Source: Eledone cirrhosa (lineage: Eukaryota). From it: DNA of 64,000 nucleotides. A program made the translations under genes and the position numbers. Each line of letters starts with the position of its first letter. Positions within the stretch are counted from its first letter, which is position 1. The stretch spans positions 20,646,001 through 20,710,000 of the forward strand of contig OZ024753.1 of the NCBI GenBank assembly GCA_964016885.1, in the 5' to 3' direction. Below the pieces are notes generated by a model that saw nothing but the letters and a program-made list of their open reading frames with translations, did no database searches and had not been told where the DNA came from. Shown here piece after piece: positions 34,534 to 49,300 of this stretch.

Positions 34534-37150
34534 ATTACTGTATTAATAGCAAGAGTACAGCTCCATCTAGTGGCTGTCATTACAGAATCAATACTAACAG
34601 TACAGCTCCATCTAGTGGCTGTCATTACTGTATCAACAGCAACAGTACAGCTCCATCTAGTGGCTGTCATTACTGTATCAACACCAACAGTACAGCTCCA
34701 TCTAGTGGCTGTCATAACTGTATTAATACCAAGAGTACAGCTCCATCTAGTGGCTGTCATTACTGTATCAATACCAACAGTACAGCTCCATCTAGTGGCT
34801 GTCATTACTGTATCAACACCAACAGTACAGCTCCATCTAGTGGCTGTCATTACTGTATCAATACCAACAGTACAGCTCCATCTAGTGGCTGTCATTACTG
34901 TATCAACACCAACAGTACAGCTCCATCTAGTGGCTGTCATTACTGTATTAATACCAAGAGTACAGCTCCATCTAGTGGCTGTCATTACTGTATCAATACC
35001 AACAAGACAGCTCCATCTAGTGGCTGTCATTACTGTATCAACACCAACAGTACAGCTCCATCTAGTGGCTGTCATTACTGTATCAATACCAACAGTACAG
35101 CTCCATCTAGTGGCTGTCATTACTGTATCAATACCAACAGTACAGCTCCATCTAGTGGCTGTCATTACTGTATCAATACCAACAAGACAGCTCCATCTAG
35201 TGGCACTCATTACTGTATCAATACCAAGAGTACAGCTCCATCTAGTGGGTGTCATCACTGTATCAATACCAACAGTACAGCTCCATCTAGTGGCTGTCAT
35301 TATTGTATCAACACACAGTACAGCTCCATCTAGTGGCTGTCATCACTGTATCAACACCAACAGTACAGCTCCATCTAGTGGCTGTCATTACTGTATCAAC
35401 ACCAACAGAACAGCTCCATCTAGTGGCTGTCATTACTGTATCAATACCAACAAGACAGCTCCATCTAGTGGCTGTCATTACTGTATCAACACCAACAGTA
35501 CAGCTCCATCTAGTGGCTGTCATTACTGTATCAATACCAACAAGACAGCTCCATCTAGTGGCTGTCATTACTGTATCAATACCAACATGACAGCTCCATC
35601 TAGTGGCTGTCATTACTGTATCAATACCAAAAGTACAGCTCCATCTAGTGGCTGTCATTACTGTATCAATACCAACAGTACAGCTCCATCTAGTGGCTGT
35701 GATTACTGTATCAATACCAACAGTACAGCTCCATCTAGTGGCTGTAATTATTGTATCAATACCAACAGTGCAGCTCCATCTAGTGGCTGTCATTACTGTA
35801 TCAACACCAACAGTACAGCTCCATCTAGTGGCTGTAATTGCTGTATCAATACGAAAAGTACAGCTCCATCTAGTGGCTGTCATTACTGTATCAACACCAA
35901 CAGTACAGCTCCATCTAGTGGCTGTCATTACTGTATCAACACCAACAGTACAGCTCCATCTAGTGGCTGTCATTACTGTATCAATACCAACAGTACAGCT
36001 CTTATCTAGTGGCTGTCATTACTGTATCAACACCAACAGTACAGCTCCATCTAGTGGCTGTCATTACTGTATCAACACCAACAGTACAGCTCCATCTAGT
36101 GGCTGTCATTACTGTATCAATACCAACAGTACAGCTCCATCTAGTGGCTGTCATTACTGTATCAACACCAACAGTGCAGCCCCATCTAGTGTCTGTCATT
36201 ACTGTATCAACACCAAGAGTACAGCTCCATCTAGTGGCTGTCATTATTGTATCAATACCAACAGTACAGCTCCATCTAGTGGCTGTCATTACTGTATCAA
36301 CACCAACAGTACAGCTCCATCTAGTGGCTGTCATTACTGTATCAATACCAACAATACAGCTCCATCTAGTGGCTGTCATTACTGTATCAATACCAAAAGT
36401 ACAGCTCCATCTAGCGGCTGTCATTACTGTATCAACACCAACAGTACAGCTCCATCTAGTGGCTGTCATTACTGTATCAATACCAACAGTACAGCTCCAT
36501 CTAGCGGCTGTAATTACTGTATCAATACCAACAATACAGCTCCATCTAGTGGCTGTCATTACTGTATCAACACCAACAGTACAGCTCCATCTAGTGGCTG
36601 TCATTACTGTATCAATACCAACAGTGCAGCTCCATCTAGTGGCTGTGATTACTGTATCAACACCAACAGTGCAGCCCCATCTAGTGGCTGTCATTACTGT
36701 ATCAATACCAACAGTACAGCTCCATCTAGTGGCTGTCATTACTGTATCAATACCAACAGTACAGCTCCATCTAGTGGCTGTCCTTACTGTATCAATACCA
36801 ACAGTGCAGCCCCATCTAGTGGCTGTCATTACTGTATCAATACCAACAAGACAGCTCCATCTAGTGGCTGTCATTACTGTATCAATACCAACAGTACAGC
36901 TCCATCTAGTGGCTCTCATTACTGTATCAATACCAACAGTACAGCTCCATCTAGTGGCTGTCATTACTGTATCAACACACAGTACAGCTCCATCTAGTGG
37001 CTGTCATTACTGTATCAATACCAACAGTGCAGCTCCATCTAGTGGCTGTCATTACTGTATTAATACCAAGAGTACAGCTCCATCTAGTGGCTGTCATTAC
37101 TGTATCAACACCAACAAGACAGCTCCATCTACTGGCTGTCATTACTGTAT

Positions 37151-37327
37151 GGATTGGCAGTATCGGTAGAGGGTCGGACGCCATGCTTTCCAGCGTAGTT
37201 ACGTCCCTTTACTATCTGAGTTCAAATCCCGCCGAGGTTGACTTTGCCTTTCATCCTTACGGGGTCGATAAAATAAAGTACCAGTAATGCACTGGTAATT
37301 GCTGGCCTTGTGCCTAAAGTAGAAACA
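37151..37327 (+). mobile_element. Identical second copy of the SINE with the same TSD and flanks
   Basis: TSD at 37141-37150 and 37328-37337. Offset of 2794 bp from the first copy. Confidence 0.92.
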
Positions 37328-40300
37328 ATTACTGTATTAATAGCAAGAGTACAGCTCCATCTAGTGGCTGTCATTACAGAATCAATACTAACAGTACAGC
37401 TCCATCTAGTGGCTGTCATTACTGTATCAACAGCAACAGTACAGCTCCATCTAGTGGCTGTCATTACTGTATCAACACCAACAGTACAGCTCCATCTAGT
37501 GGCTGTCATTACTGTATCAATACCAACAGTACAGCTCCATCTAGTGGCTGTCATTACTGTATCAATACCAACAGTACAGCTCCATCTAGTGGCTGTCATT
37601 ACTGTATCAATACCAACAGTACAGCTCCATCTAGTGGCTGTCATTACTGTATCAATACCAACAGTACAGCTCCATCTAGTGGCTGTCATTACTGTATCAA
37701 TACCAACAAGACAGCTCCATCTAGTGGCACTCATTACTGTATCAATACCAAGAGTACAGCTCCATCTAGTGGGTGTCATCACTGTATCAATACCAACAGT
37801 ACAGCTCCATCTAGTGGCTGTCATTATTGTATCAACACACAGTACAGCTCCATCTAGTGGCTGTCATTACTGTATCAACACCAACAGTACAGCTCCATCT
37901 ACTGGCTGTCATTACTGTATCAACACCAACAGTACAGCTCCATCTACTGGCTGTCATTACTGTATCAACACCAACAGTACAGCTCCATCTAGTGGCTGTC
38001 ATTACTGTATCAATACCAACAGTACAGCTCCATCTACTGGCTGTCATTACTGTATCAACACCAACAGTACAGCTCCATCTAGTGGCTGTCATTACTGTAT
38101 CAACACCAACAGTACAGCTCCATCTAGTGACTGTCATTACTGTATCAACACCAACAGTACAGCTCCATCTAGTGGCTGTCATTACTGTATCAACACCAAC
38201 AGTACAGCTCCATCTAGTGGCTGTCATTACTGTATCAACACCAACAGTACAGCTCCATCTAGTGGCTGTCATTACTGTATCAACACCAACAGTACAGCTC
38301 CATCTACTGGCTGTCATTACTGTATCAACACCAACAGTACAGCTCCATCTACTGGCTGTCATTACTGTATCAACACCAACAGTACAGCTCCATCTAGTGG
38401 CTGTCATTACTGTATCAACACCAACAGAACAGCTCCATCTAGTGGCTGTCATTACTGTATCAATACCAACAAGACAGCTCCATCTAGTGGCTGTCATTAC
38501 TGTATCAACACCAACAGTACAGCTCCATCTAGTGGCTGTCATTACTGTATCAATACCAACAAGACAGCTCCATCTAGTGGCTGTCATTACTGTATCAATA
38601 CCAACATGACAGCTCCATCTAGTGGCTGTCATTACTGTATCAATACCAAAAGTACAGCTCCATCTAGTGGCTGTCATTACTGTATCAATACCAACAGTAC
38701 AGCTCCATCTAGTGGCTGTCATTACTGTATCAATACCAACAGTACAGCTCCATCTAGTGGCTGTCATTACTGTATCAATACCAACAGTACAGCTCCATCT
38801 AGTGGCTGTGATTACTGTATCAATACCAACAGTACAGCTCCATCTAGTGGCTGTAATTATTGTATCAATACCAACAGTGCAGCTCCATCTAGTGGCTGTC
38901 ATTACTGTATCAACACCAACAGTACAGCTCCATCTAGTGGCTGTAATTACTGTATCAATACGAAAAGTACAGCTCCATCTAGTGGCTGTCATTACTGTAT
39001 CAACACCAACAGTACAGCTCCATCTAGTGGCTGTCATTACTGTATCAACACCAACAGTACAGCTCCATCTAGTGGCTGTCATTACTGTATCAATACCAAC
39101 AGTACAGCTCTTATCTAGTGGCTGTCATTACTGTATCAACACCAACAGTACAGCTCCATCTAGTGGCTGTCATTACTGTATCAATACCAACAAGACAGCT
39201 CCATCTACTGGCTGTTATTACTGTACCAACACCAACAGTACAGCTCCATCTAGTGGCTGTCATTACTGTATCAATACCAACAAGACAGCTCCATCTACTG
39301 GCTGTTATTACTGTACCAACACCAACAGTACAGCTCCATCTAGTGGCTGTCATTACTGTATCAATACCAACAGTACAGCTCCATCTAGTGGCTGTCATTA
39401 CTGTATCAATACCAAAAGTACAGCTCCATCTAGTGGCTGTCATTACTGTATTAATACCAAGAGTACAGCTCCATCTAGTGGCTGTCATTACTGTATTAAT
39501 ACCAAGAGTACAGCTCCATCTAGTGGCTGTCATTACTGTATTAATACCAAGAGTACAGCTCCATCTAGTGGCTGTGATTACTGTATCAACACCAACAGTA
39601 CAGCTCCATCTACTGGCTGTCATTACTGTATCAATACCAAAAGTACAGCTCCATCTAGTGGCTGTCATTACTGTATTAATACCAAGAGTACAGCTCCATC
39701 TAGTGGCTGTCATTACTGTATTAATACCAAGAGTACAGCTCCATCTAGTGGCTGTCATTACTGTATTAATACCAAGAGTACAGCTCCATCTAGTGGCTGT
39801 CATTACTGTATTAATACCAAGAGTACAGCTCCATCTAGTGGCTGTCATTACTGTATTAATACCAAGAGTACAGCTCCATCTAGTGGCTGTCATTACTGTA
39901 TTAATACCAAGAGTACAGCTCCATCTAGTGGCTGTCATTACTGTATTAATACCAAGAGTACAGCTCCATCTAGTGGCTGTCATTACTGTATTAATACCAA
40001 GAGTACAGCTCCATCTAGTGGCTGTCATTACTGTATTAATACCAAGAGTACAGCTCCATCTAGTGGCTGTCATTACTGTATTAATACCAAGAGTACAGCT
40101 CCATCTAGTGGCTGTCATTACTGTATTAATACCAAGAGTACAGCTCCATCTAGTGGCTGTGATTACTGTATCAATACCAAGAGTACAGCTCCATCTAGTG
40201 GCTGTCATTACTGTATTAATACCAAGAGTACAGCTCCATCTAGTGGCTGTCATTACTGTATTAATACCAACAGTACAACTCCATCTAGTGGCTGTCATTA

Positions 40301-43300
40301 CTGTATCAATACCAACAGTACAGCTCCATCTAGTGGCTGTCATTACTGTATCAATACCAACAGTACAGCTCCATCTAGTGGCTGTCATTACTGTATCAAT
40401 ACCAACAGTACAGCTCCATCTAGTGGCTGTCATTACTGTATCAACACACAGTACAGCTTCATCTAGTGGCTGTCATTACTGTATTAATACCAAGAGTACA
40501 GCTCCATCTAGTGGCTGTCATTACTGTATCAACACACAGTACAGCTCCATCTAGTGGCTGTCATTACTGTATCAACACACAGTACAGCTCCATCTAGTGG
40601 CTGTCATTACTGTATTAATACCAAGAGTACAGCTCCATCTAGTGGCTGTCATTACTGTATCAATACCAACAAGACAGCTCCATCTAGTGGCTGTGATTAC
40701 TGTATCAATACCAACAGTACAGCTCCATCTAGTGGCTGTCATTACTGTATCAACACACAGTACAGCTCCATCTAGTGGCTGTCATTACTGTATTAATACC
40801 AACAGTACAGCTCCATCTAGTGGCTGTCATTACTGTATCAATACCAACAAGACAGCTCCATCTAGTGGCTGTGATTACTGTATCAATACCAACAGTACAG
40901 CTCCATCTAGTGGCTGTCATTACTGTATCAACACACAGTACAGCTCCATCTAGTGGCTGTCATTACTGTATTAATACCAAGAGTACAGCTCCATCTAGTG
41001 GCTGTCATTACTGTATTAACACCAACAGTACAGCTCCATCTAGTGGCTGTCATTACTGTATCAATACCAACAAGACAGCTCCATCTAGTGGCTGTGATTA
41101 CTGTATCAATACCAACAGTACAGCTCCATCTAGTGGCTGTCATTAGTGTATCAATACCAACAGTACAGCTCCATCTAGTGGCTGTCATTACTGTATCAAT
41201 ACCAAAAGTACAGATCCATCTAGTGGCTGTCATTACTGTATCAACACCAACAGTACAGCTCCATCTAGTGGCTGTCATTACTGTATCAATACCAACAATA
41301 CAGCTCGATCTAGTGGCTGTCATTACTGTATCAATACCAACAAGACAGCTCCATCTAGTGGCTGTCATTACTGTATCAATACCAACAGTACAGCTCCATC
41401 TAGTGGCTGTCATTACTGTATCAATACCAACAGTACAGCTCCATCTAGTGGCTGTCCTTACTGTATCAACACCAACAGTACAGCTCCATCTAGTGTTTGT
41501 CATTACTGTATCAACACCAACAGTGCAGCCCCATCTAGTGTCTGTCATTACTGTATCAACACCAACAGTACAGCTCCATCTAGTGGCTGTCATTACTGTA
41601 TCAATACCAACAAGACAGCTCCATCTAGTGGCTGTCATTACTGTATCAATACCAACAAGACAGCTCCATCTAGTGGCTGTCATTACTGTATCAACACCAA
41701 CAGTACAGCTCCATCTAGTGGCTGTCATTACTGTATCAATACCAACAAGACAGCTCCATCTAGTGGCTGTCATTACTGTATCAACACCAACAGTACAGCT
41801 CCATCTAGTGGCTGTCATTACTGTATCAATACCAACTAGACAGCTCCATCTAGTGGCTGTCATTACTGTATCAACACCAACAGTACAGCTCCATCTAGTG
41901 GCTGTCATTACTGTATCAATACCAACAAGACAGCTCCATCTAGTGGCTGTCATTACTGTATCAACACCAACAGTACAGCTCCATCTAGTGGCTGTCATTA
42001 CTGTATCAATACCAACAAGACAGCTCCATCTAGTGGCTGTCATTACTGTATCAATACCAACAGTACAGCTCCATCTAGTGGCTGTCATTACTCTATCAAC
42101 ACCAACAGTACAGCTCCATCTAGTGGCTGTCCTTACTGTATCAACACCAACAGTGCAGCCCCATCTAGTGGCTGTCATTACTGTATCAATACCAACAGTA
42201 CAGCTCCATCTAGTGGCTGTCCTTACTGTATCAATACCAACAGTACAGCTCCATCTAGTGGCTGTCATTACTGTATCAACACCAAAAGTACAGCTCCATC
42301 TAGTGGCTGTCATTACTGTATCAACACCAACAGTACAGCTCCATCTAGTGGCTGTTATTACTGTATCAATACCAAGAGTACAGCTCCATCTAGTGGGTGT
42401 CATCACTGTATCAATACCAACAGTGCAGCCCCATCTAGTGGCTGTCATTACTGTATCAATACCAACAAGACAGCTCCATCTAGTGGCTGTCATTACTGTA
42501 TCAATACCAACAGTACAGCTCCATCTAGTGGCTCTCATTACTGTATCAATACCAACAGTACAGCTCCATCTAGTGGCTGTCATTACTGTATCAACACACA
42601 GTACAGCTCCATCTAGTGGCTGTCATTACTGTATCAATACCAACAGTGCAGCTCCATCTAGTGGCTGTCATTACTGTATTAATACCAAGAGTACAGCTCC
42701 ATCTAGTGGCTGTCATTACTGTATCAACACCAACAGTACAGCTCCATCTACTGGCTGTCATTACTGTATCAATACCAAGAGTACAGCTCCATCTAGTGGC
42801 TGTCATTACTGTATCAACACCAACAGTACAGCTCCATCTAGTGACTGTCATTACTGTATCAACACCAACAGTACAGCTCCATCTACTGGCTGTCATTACT
42901 GTATCAACACCAACAGTACAGCTCCATCTAGTGGCTGTCATTACTGTATCAACACCAACAGAACAGCTCCATCTAGTGGCTGTCATTACTGTATCAATAC
43001 CAACAAGACAGCTCCATCTAGTGGCTGTCATTACTGTATCAACACCAACAGTACAGCTCCATCTAGTGGCTGTCATTACTGTATCAATACCAACAAGACA
43101 GCTCCATCTAGTGGCTGTCATTACTGTATCAATACCAACATGACAGCTCCATCTAGTGGCTGTCATTACTGTATCAATACCAAAAGTACAGCTCCATCTA
43201 GTGGCTGTCATTACTGTATCAATACCAACAGTACAGCTCCATCTAGTGGCTGTCATTACTGTATCAACACCAACAGTACAGCTCCATCTAGTGGCTGTAA

Positions 43301-46300
43301 TTACTGTATCAATACGAAAAGTACAGCTCCATCTAGTGGCTGTCATTACTGTATCAACACCAACAGTACAGCTCCATCTAGTGGCTGTCATTACTGTATC
43401 AACACCAACAGTACAGCTCCATCTAGTGGCTGTCATTACTGTATCAATACCAACAGTACAGCTCTTATCTAGTGGCTGTCATTACTGTATCAATACCAAC
43501 AAGACAGCTCCATCTACTGGCTGTTATTACTGTACCAACACCAACAGTACAGCTCCATCTAGTGGCTGTCATTACTGTATCAATACCAACAAGACAGCTC
43601 CATCTACTGGCTGTTATTACTGTACCAACACCAACAGTACAGCTCCATCTAGTGGCTGTCATTACTGTATCAATACCAACAGTACAGCTCCATCTAGTGG
43701 CTGTCATTACTGTATCAACACCAAAAGTACAGCTCCATCTAGTGGCTGTCATTACTGTATCAATACCAACAAGACAGCTCCATCTACTGGCTGTTATTAC
43801 TGTACCAACACCAACAGTACAGCTCCATCTAGTGGCTGTCATTACTGTATCAATACCAACAGTACAGCTCCATCTAGTGGCTGTCATTACTGTATCAACA
43901 CCAAAAGTACAGCTCCATCTAGTGGCTGTCATTACTGTATCAATACCAACAGTACAGCTCCATCTAGTGGCTGTCATTACTGTACCAACACCAACAGTAC
44001 AGCTCCATCTAGTGGCTGTCATTACTGTATCAATACCAACAAGACAGCTCCATCTACTGGCTGTTATTACTGTACCAACACCAACAGTACAGCTCCATCT
44101 AGTGGCTGTCATTACTGTATCAATACCAACAGTACAGCTCCATCTAGTGGCTGTCATTACTGTATCAACACCAAAAGTACAGCTCCATCTAGTGGCTGTC
44201 ATTACTGTATCAACACCAACAGTACAGCTCCATCTAGTGGCTGTCATTACTGTATCAATACCAACAGTACAGCTCTTATCTAGTGGCTGTCATTACTGTA
44301 TCAATACCAACAGTACAGCTCCATCTAGTGGCTGTCATTACTGTATCAATACCAACAGTACAGCTCCATCTAGTGGCTGTCATTACTGTATCAATACCAA
44401 CAGTACAGCTCCATCTAGTGGCTGTCATTACTGTATCAACACCAAAAGTACAGCTCCATCTAGTGGCTGTCATTACTGTATCAACACCAACAGTACAGCT
44501 CCATCTAGTGGCTGTCATTACTGTATCAATACCAAGAGTACAGCTCCATCTAGTGGGTGTCATCACTGTATCAATACCAACAGTACAGCTCCATCTAGTG
44601 GCTGTAATTACTGTATCAACACCAACAGTACAGCTCCATCTAGTGGCTGTCATTACTGTATCAATACCAACAGTACAGCTCCATCTAGTGGCTGTCATTA
44701 CTGTATCAATACCAACAGTACAGCTCCATCTAGTGGCTGTCATTATTGTATCAACACACAGTACAGCTCCATCTAGTGGCTGTCATTACTGTATCAACAC
44801 CAACAGTACAGCTCCATCTACTGGCTGTCATTACTGTATCAATACCAACAGTACAGCTCCATCTAGTGGCTGTCATTACTGTATCAATACCAAGAGTACA
44901 GCTCCATCTACTGGCTGTCATTACTGTATCAATACCAAGAGTACAGCTCCATCTAGTGGCTGTCATTACTGTATCAATACCAACAGTACAACTCCATCTA
45001 GTGGCTGTCATTACTGTATCAATACCAACACTACAGCTCCATCTAGTGGCTGTCATTACTGTATCAACACCAACAGTACAGCTCCATCTAGTGGCTGTCA
45101 TTACTGTATCAACACCAACAGAACAGCTCCATCTAGTGACTGTCATTACTGTATCAACACCAACAGTACAGCTCCATCTACTGGCTGTCATTACTGTATC
45201 CATACCAAGAGTACAGCTCCATCTAGTGGCTGTCATTACTGTATCAACACCAACAGTACAGCTCCATCTACTGGCTGTCATTACTGTATCAATACCAAGA
45301 GTACAGCTCCATCTAGTGGCTGTCATTACTGTATCAACACCAACAGTACAGCTCCATCTAGTGGCTGTCATTACTGTATCAACACCAACAGTACAGCTCC
45401 ATCTAGTGACTGTCATTACTGTATCAACACCAACAGTACAGCTCCATCTAGTGGGTGTCATTACTGTATCAACACCAACAGTACAGCTCCATCTAGTGGC
45501 TGTCATTACTGTATCAACACCAACAGTACAGCTCCATCTAGTGGCTGTCATTACTGTATCAACACCAACAGAACAGCTCCATCTAGTGGCTGTCATTACT
45601 GTATCAATACCAACAAGACAGCTCCATCTAGTGGCTGTCATTACTGTATCAACACCAACAGTACAGCTCCATCTAGTGGCTGTCATTACTGTATCAATAC
45701 CAACAAGACAGCTCCATCTAGTGGCTGTCATTACTGTATCAATACCAACATGACAGCTCCATCTAGTGGCTGTCATTACTGTATCAATACCAAAAGTACA
45801 GCTCCATCTAGTGGCTGTCATTACTGTATCAATACCAACAGTACAGCTCCATCTAGTGGCTGTGATTACTGTATCAATACCAACAGTACAGCTCCATCTA
45901 GTGGCTGTAATTATTGTATCAATACCAACAGTGCAGCTCCATCTAGTGGCTGTCATTACTGTATCAACACACAGTACAACTCCATCTAGTGGCTGTCATT
46001 ACTGTATCAACACCAACAGTACAGCTCCATCTAGTGGCTGTAATTACTGTATCAATACGAAAAGTACAGCTCCATCTATTGGCTGTCATTACTGTATCAA
46101 TACCAACAGTACAGCTCCATCTAGTGGCTGTCATTACTGTATCAACACCAACAGTACAGCTCCATCTAGTGGCTGTAATTACTGTATCAATACGAAAAGT
46201 ACAGCTCCATCTAGTGGCTGTCATTACTGTATCAATACCAACAGTACAGCTCCATCTAGTGGCTGTCATTACTGTATCAACACCAACAGTACAGCTCCAT

Positions 46301-49300
46301 CTAGTGGCTGTCATTACTGTATCAACACCAACAGTACAGCTCCATCTAGTGGCTGTCATTACTGTACCAACACCAACAGTACAGCTCCATCTAGTGTTTG
46401 TCATTACTGTATCAATACCAACAGTACAGCTCCATCTAGTGGCTGTCATTACTGTATCAATACCAACAGTACAGCTCTTATCTATTGGCTGTCATTACTG
46501 TATCAACACCAACAGTACAGCTCCATCTAGTGGCTGTCATTACTGTATCAACACCAACAGTACAGCTCCATCTAGTGGCTGTCATTACTGTATCAATACC
46601 AACAAGACAGCTCCATCTAGTGGCTGTCATTACTGTATCAATACCAACAAGACAGGTCCATCTATTGGCTGTCATTACTGTATCAACACCAACAGTACAG
46701 CTCCATCTAGTGGCTGTCATTACTGTATCAATACCAACAATACAGCTCCATCTATTGGCTGTCATTACTGTATCAACACCAACAGTACAGCTCCATCTAG
46801 TGGCTGTCATTACTGTATCAATACCAACAGTACAGCTCTTATCTAGTGGCTGTCATTACTGTATCAACACCAACAGTACAGCTCCATCTAGTGGCTGTCA
46901 TTACTGTATCAATACCAACAAGACAGCTCCATCTACTGGCTGTTATTACTGTACCAACACCAACAGTACAGCTCCATCTAGTGGCTGTCATTACTGTATC
47001 AATACCAACAAGACAGCTCCATCTACTGGCTGTTATTACTGTACCAACACCAACAGTACAGCTCCATCTAGTGGCTGTCATTACTGTATCAATACCAACA
47101 GTACAGCTCCATCTAGTGGCTGTCATTACTGTATCAACACCAAAAGTACAGCTCCATCTAGTGGCTGTCATTACTGTATCAACACCAACAGTACAGCTCC
47201 ATCTAGTGGCTGTCATTACTGTATCAATACCAACAGTACAGCTCCATCTAGTGGCTGTCATTACTGTATCAACACCAACAGTACAGCTCCATCTAGTGGC
47301 TGTCATTACTGTACCAACACCAACAGTACAGCTCCATCTACTGGCTGTCATTACTGTATCAATACCAACAGTACAGCTCCATCTAGTGGCTGTCATTACT
47401 GTATCAACTCCAACAGTACAGCTCCATCTAGTGGCTGTCATTACTGTATCAACACCAACAGTACAGCTCCATCTAGTGGCTGTCATTACTGTATCAACAC
47501 CAACAGTACAGCTCCATCTAGTGGCTGTCATTACTGTATCAATACCAACAAGACAGCTCCATCTACTGGCTGTTATTACTGTACCAACACCAACAGTACA
47601 GCTCCATCTAGTGGCTGTCATTACTGTATCAATACCAACAGTACAGCTCCATCTAGTGGCTGTCATTACTGTATCAACACCAAAAGTACAGCTCCATCTA
47701 GTGGCTGTCCTTACTGTATCAATACCAACAGTACAGCTCCATCTAGTGGCTGTCATTACTGTATCAATACCAACAGTACAGCTCCATCTAGTGGCTGTCA
47801 TTACTGTATTAATACCAAGAGTACAGCTCCATCTAGTGGCTGTCATTACTGTATCAACACCAACAGTACAGCTCCATCTAGTGGCTGTCATTACTGTATT
47901 AATACCTAGAGTACAGCTCCATCTAGTGGCTGTCATTACTGTATCAACACCAACAGTACAGCTCCATCTAGTGGCTGTCATTACTGTATCAACACCAACA
48001 GTACAGCTCCATCTAGTGGCTGTCATTACTGTATCAACACCAACAGTACAGCTCCATCTAGTGGCTGTCATTATTGTATCAACACACAGTACAGCTCCAT
48101 CTAGTGGCTGTCATTACTGTATCAACACCAACAGTACAGCTCCATCTAGTGGCTGTCATTACTGTATCAATACCAACAGTACAGCTCCATCTAGTGGCTG
48201 TCATCACTGTATCAATACCAACAGTACAGCTCCATCTAGTGGCTGTCATTACTGTATCAATACCAACAGTACAGCTCCATCTAGTGGCTGTCATTACTGT
48301 ATCAATACCAACAGTACAGCTCCATCTAGTGGCTGTCATTACTGTATCAATACCAACAAGACAGCTCCATCTAGTGGCTGTCATTACTGTATCAACACCA
48401 ACAGTACAGCTCCATCTACTGGCTGTCATTACTGTATCAATACCAACAGTACAGCTCCATCTAGTGGCTGTCATTACTGTATCAACACCAACAGTACAGC
48501 TCCATCTAGTGGCTGTCATTACTGTATCAACACCAACAGTACAGCTCCATCTAGTGGCTGTCATTACTGTATCAATACCAACAAGACAGCTCCATCTAGT
48601 GGCTGTCATTACTGTATCAATACCAACAAGACAGCTCCATCTAGTGGCTGTCATTACTGTATCAACACCAACAGAACAGCTCCATCTAGTGGCTGTCATT
48701 ACTGTATCAACACCAACAGTACAGCTCCATCTAGTGGCTGTCATTACTGTATCAACACCAACAGTACAGCTCCATCTACTGGCTGTCATTACTGTATCAA
48801 CACCAACAGAACAGCTCCATCTAGTGGCTGTCATTACTGTATTAATACCAAGAGTACAGCTCCATCTAGTGGCTGTCATTACTGTATCAATACCAACAGT
48901 ACAGCTCTTATCTAGTGGCTGTCATTACTGTATCAATACCAACAAGACAGCTCCATCTACTGGCTGTTATTACTGTACCAACACCAACAGTACAGCTCCA
49001 TCTAGTGGCTGTCATTACTGTATCAATACCAACAAGACAGCTCCATCTACTGGCTGTTATTACTGTACCAACACCAACAGTACAGCTCCATCTAGTGGCT
49101 GTCATTACTGTATCAATACCAACAGTACAGCTCCATCTAGTGGCTGTCATTACTGTATCAACACCAAAAGTACAGCTCCATCTAGTGGCTGTCATTACTG
49201 TATCAACACCAACAGTACAGCTCCATCTAGTGGCTGTCATTACTGTATCAATACCAACAGTACAGCTCTTATCTAGTGGCTGTCATTACTGTATCAATAC

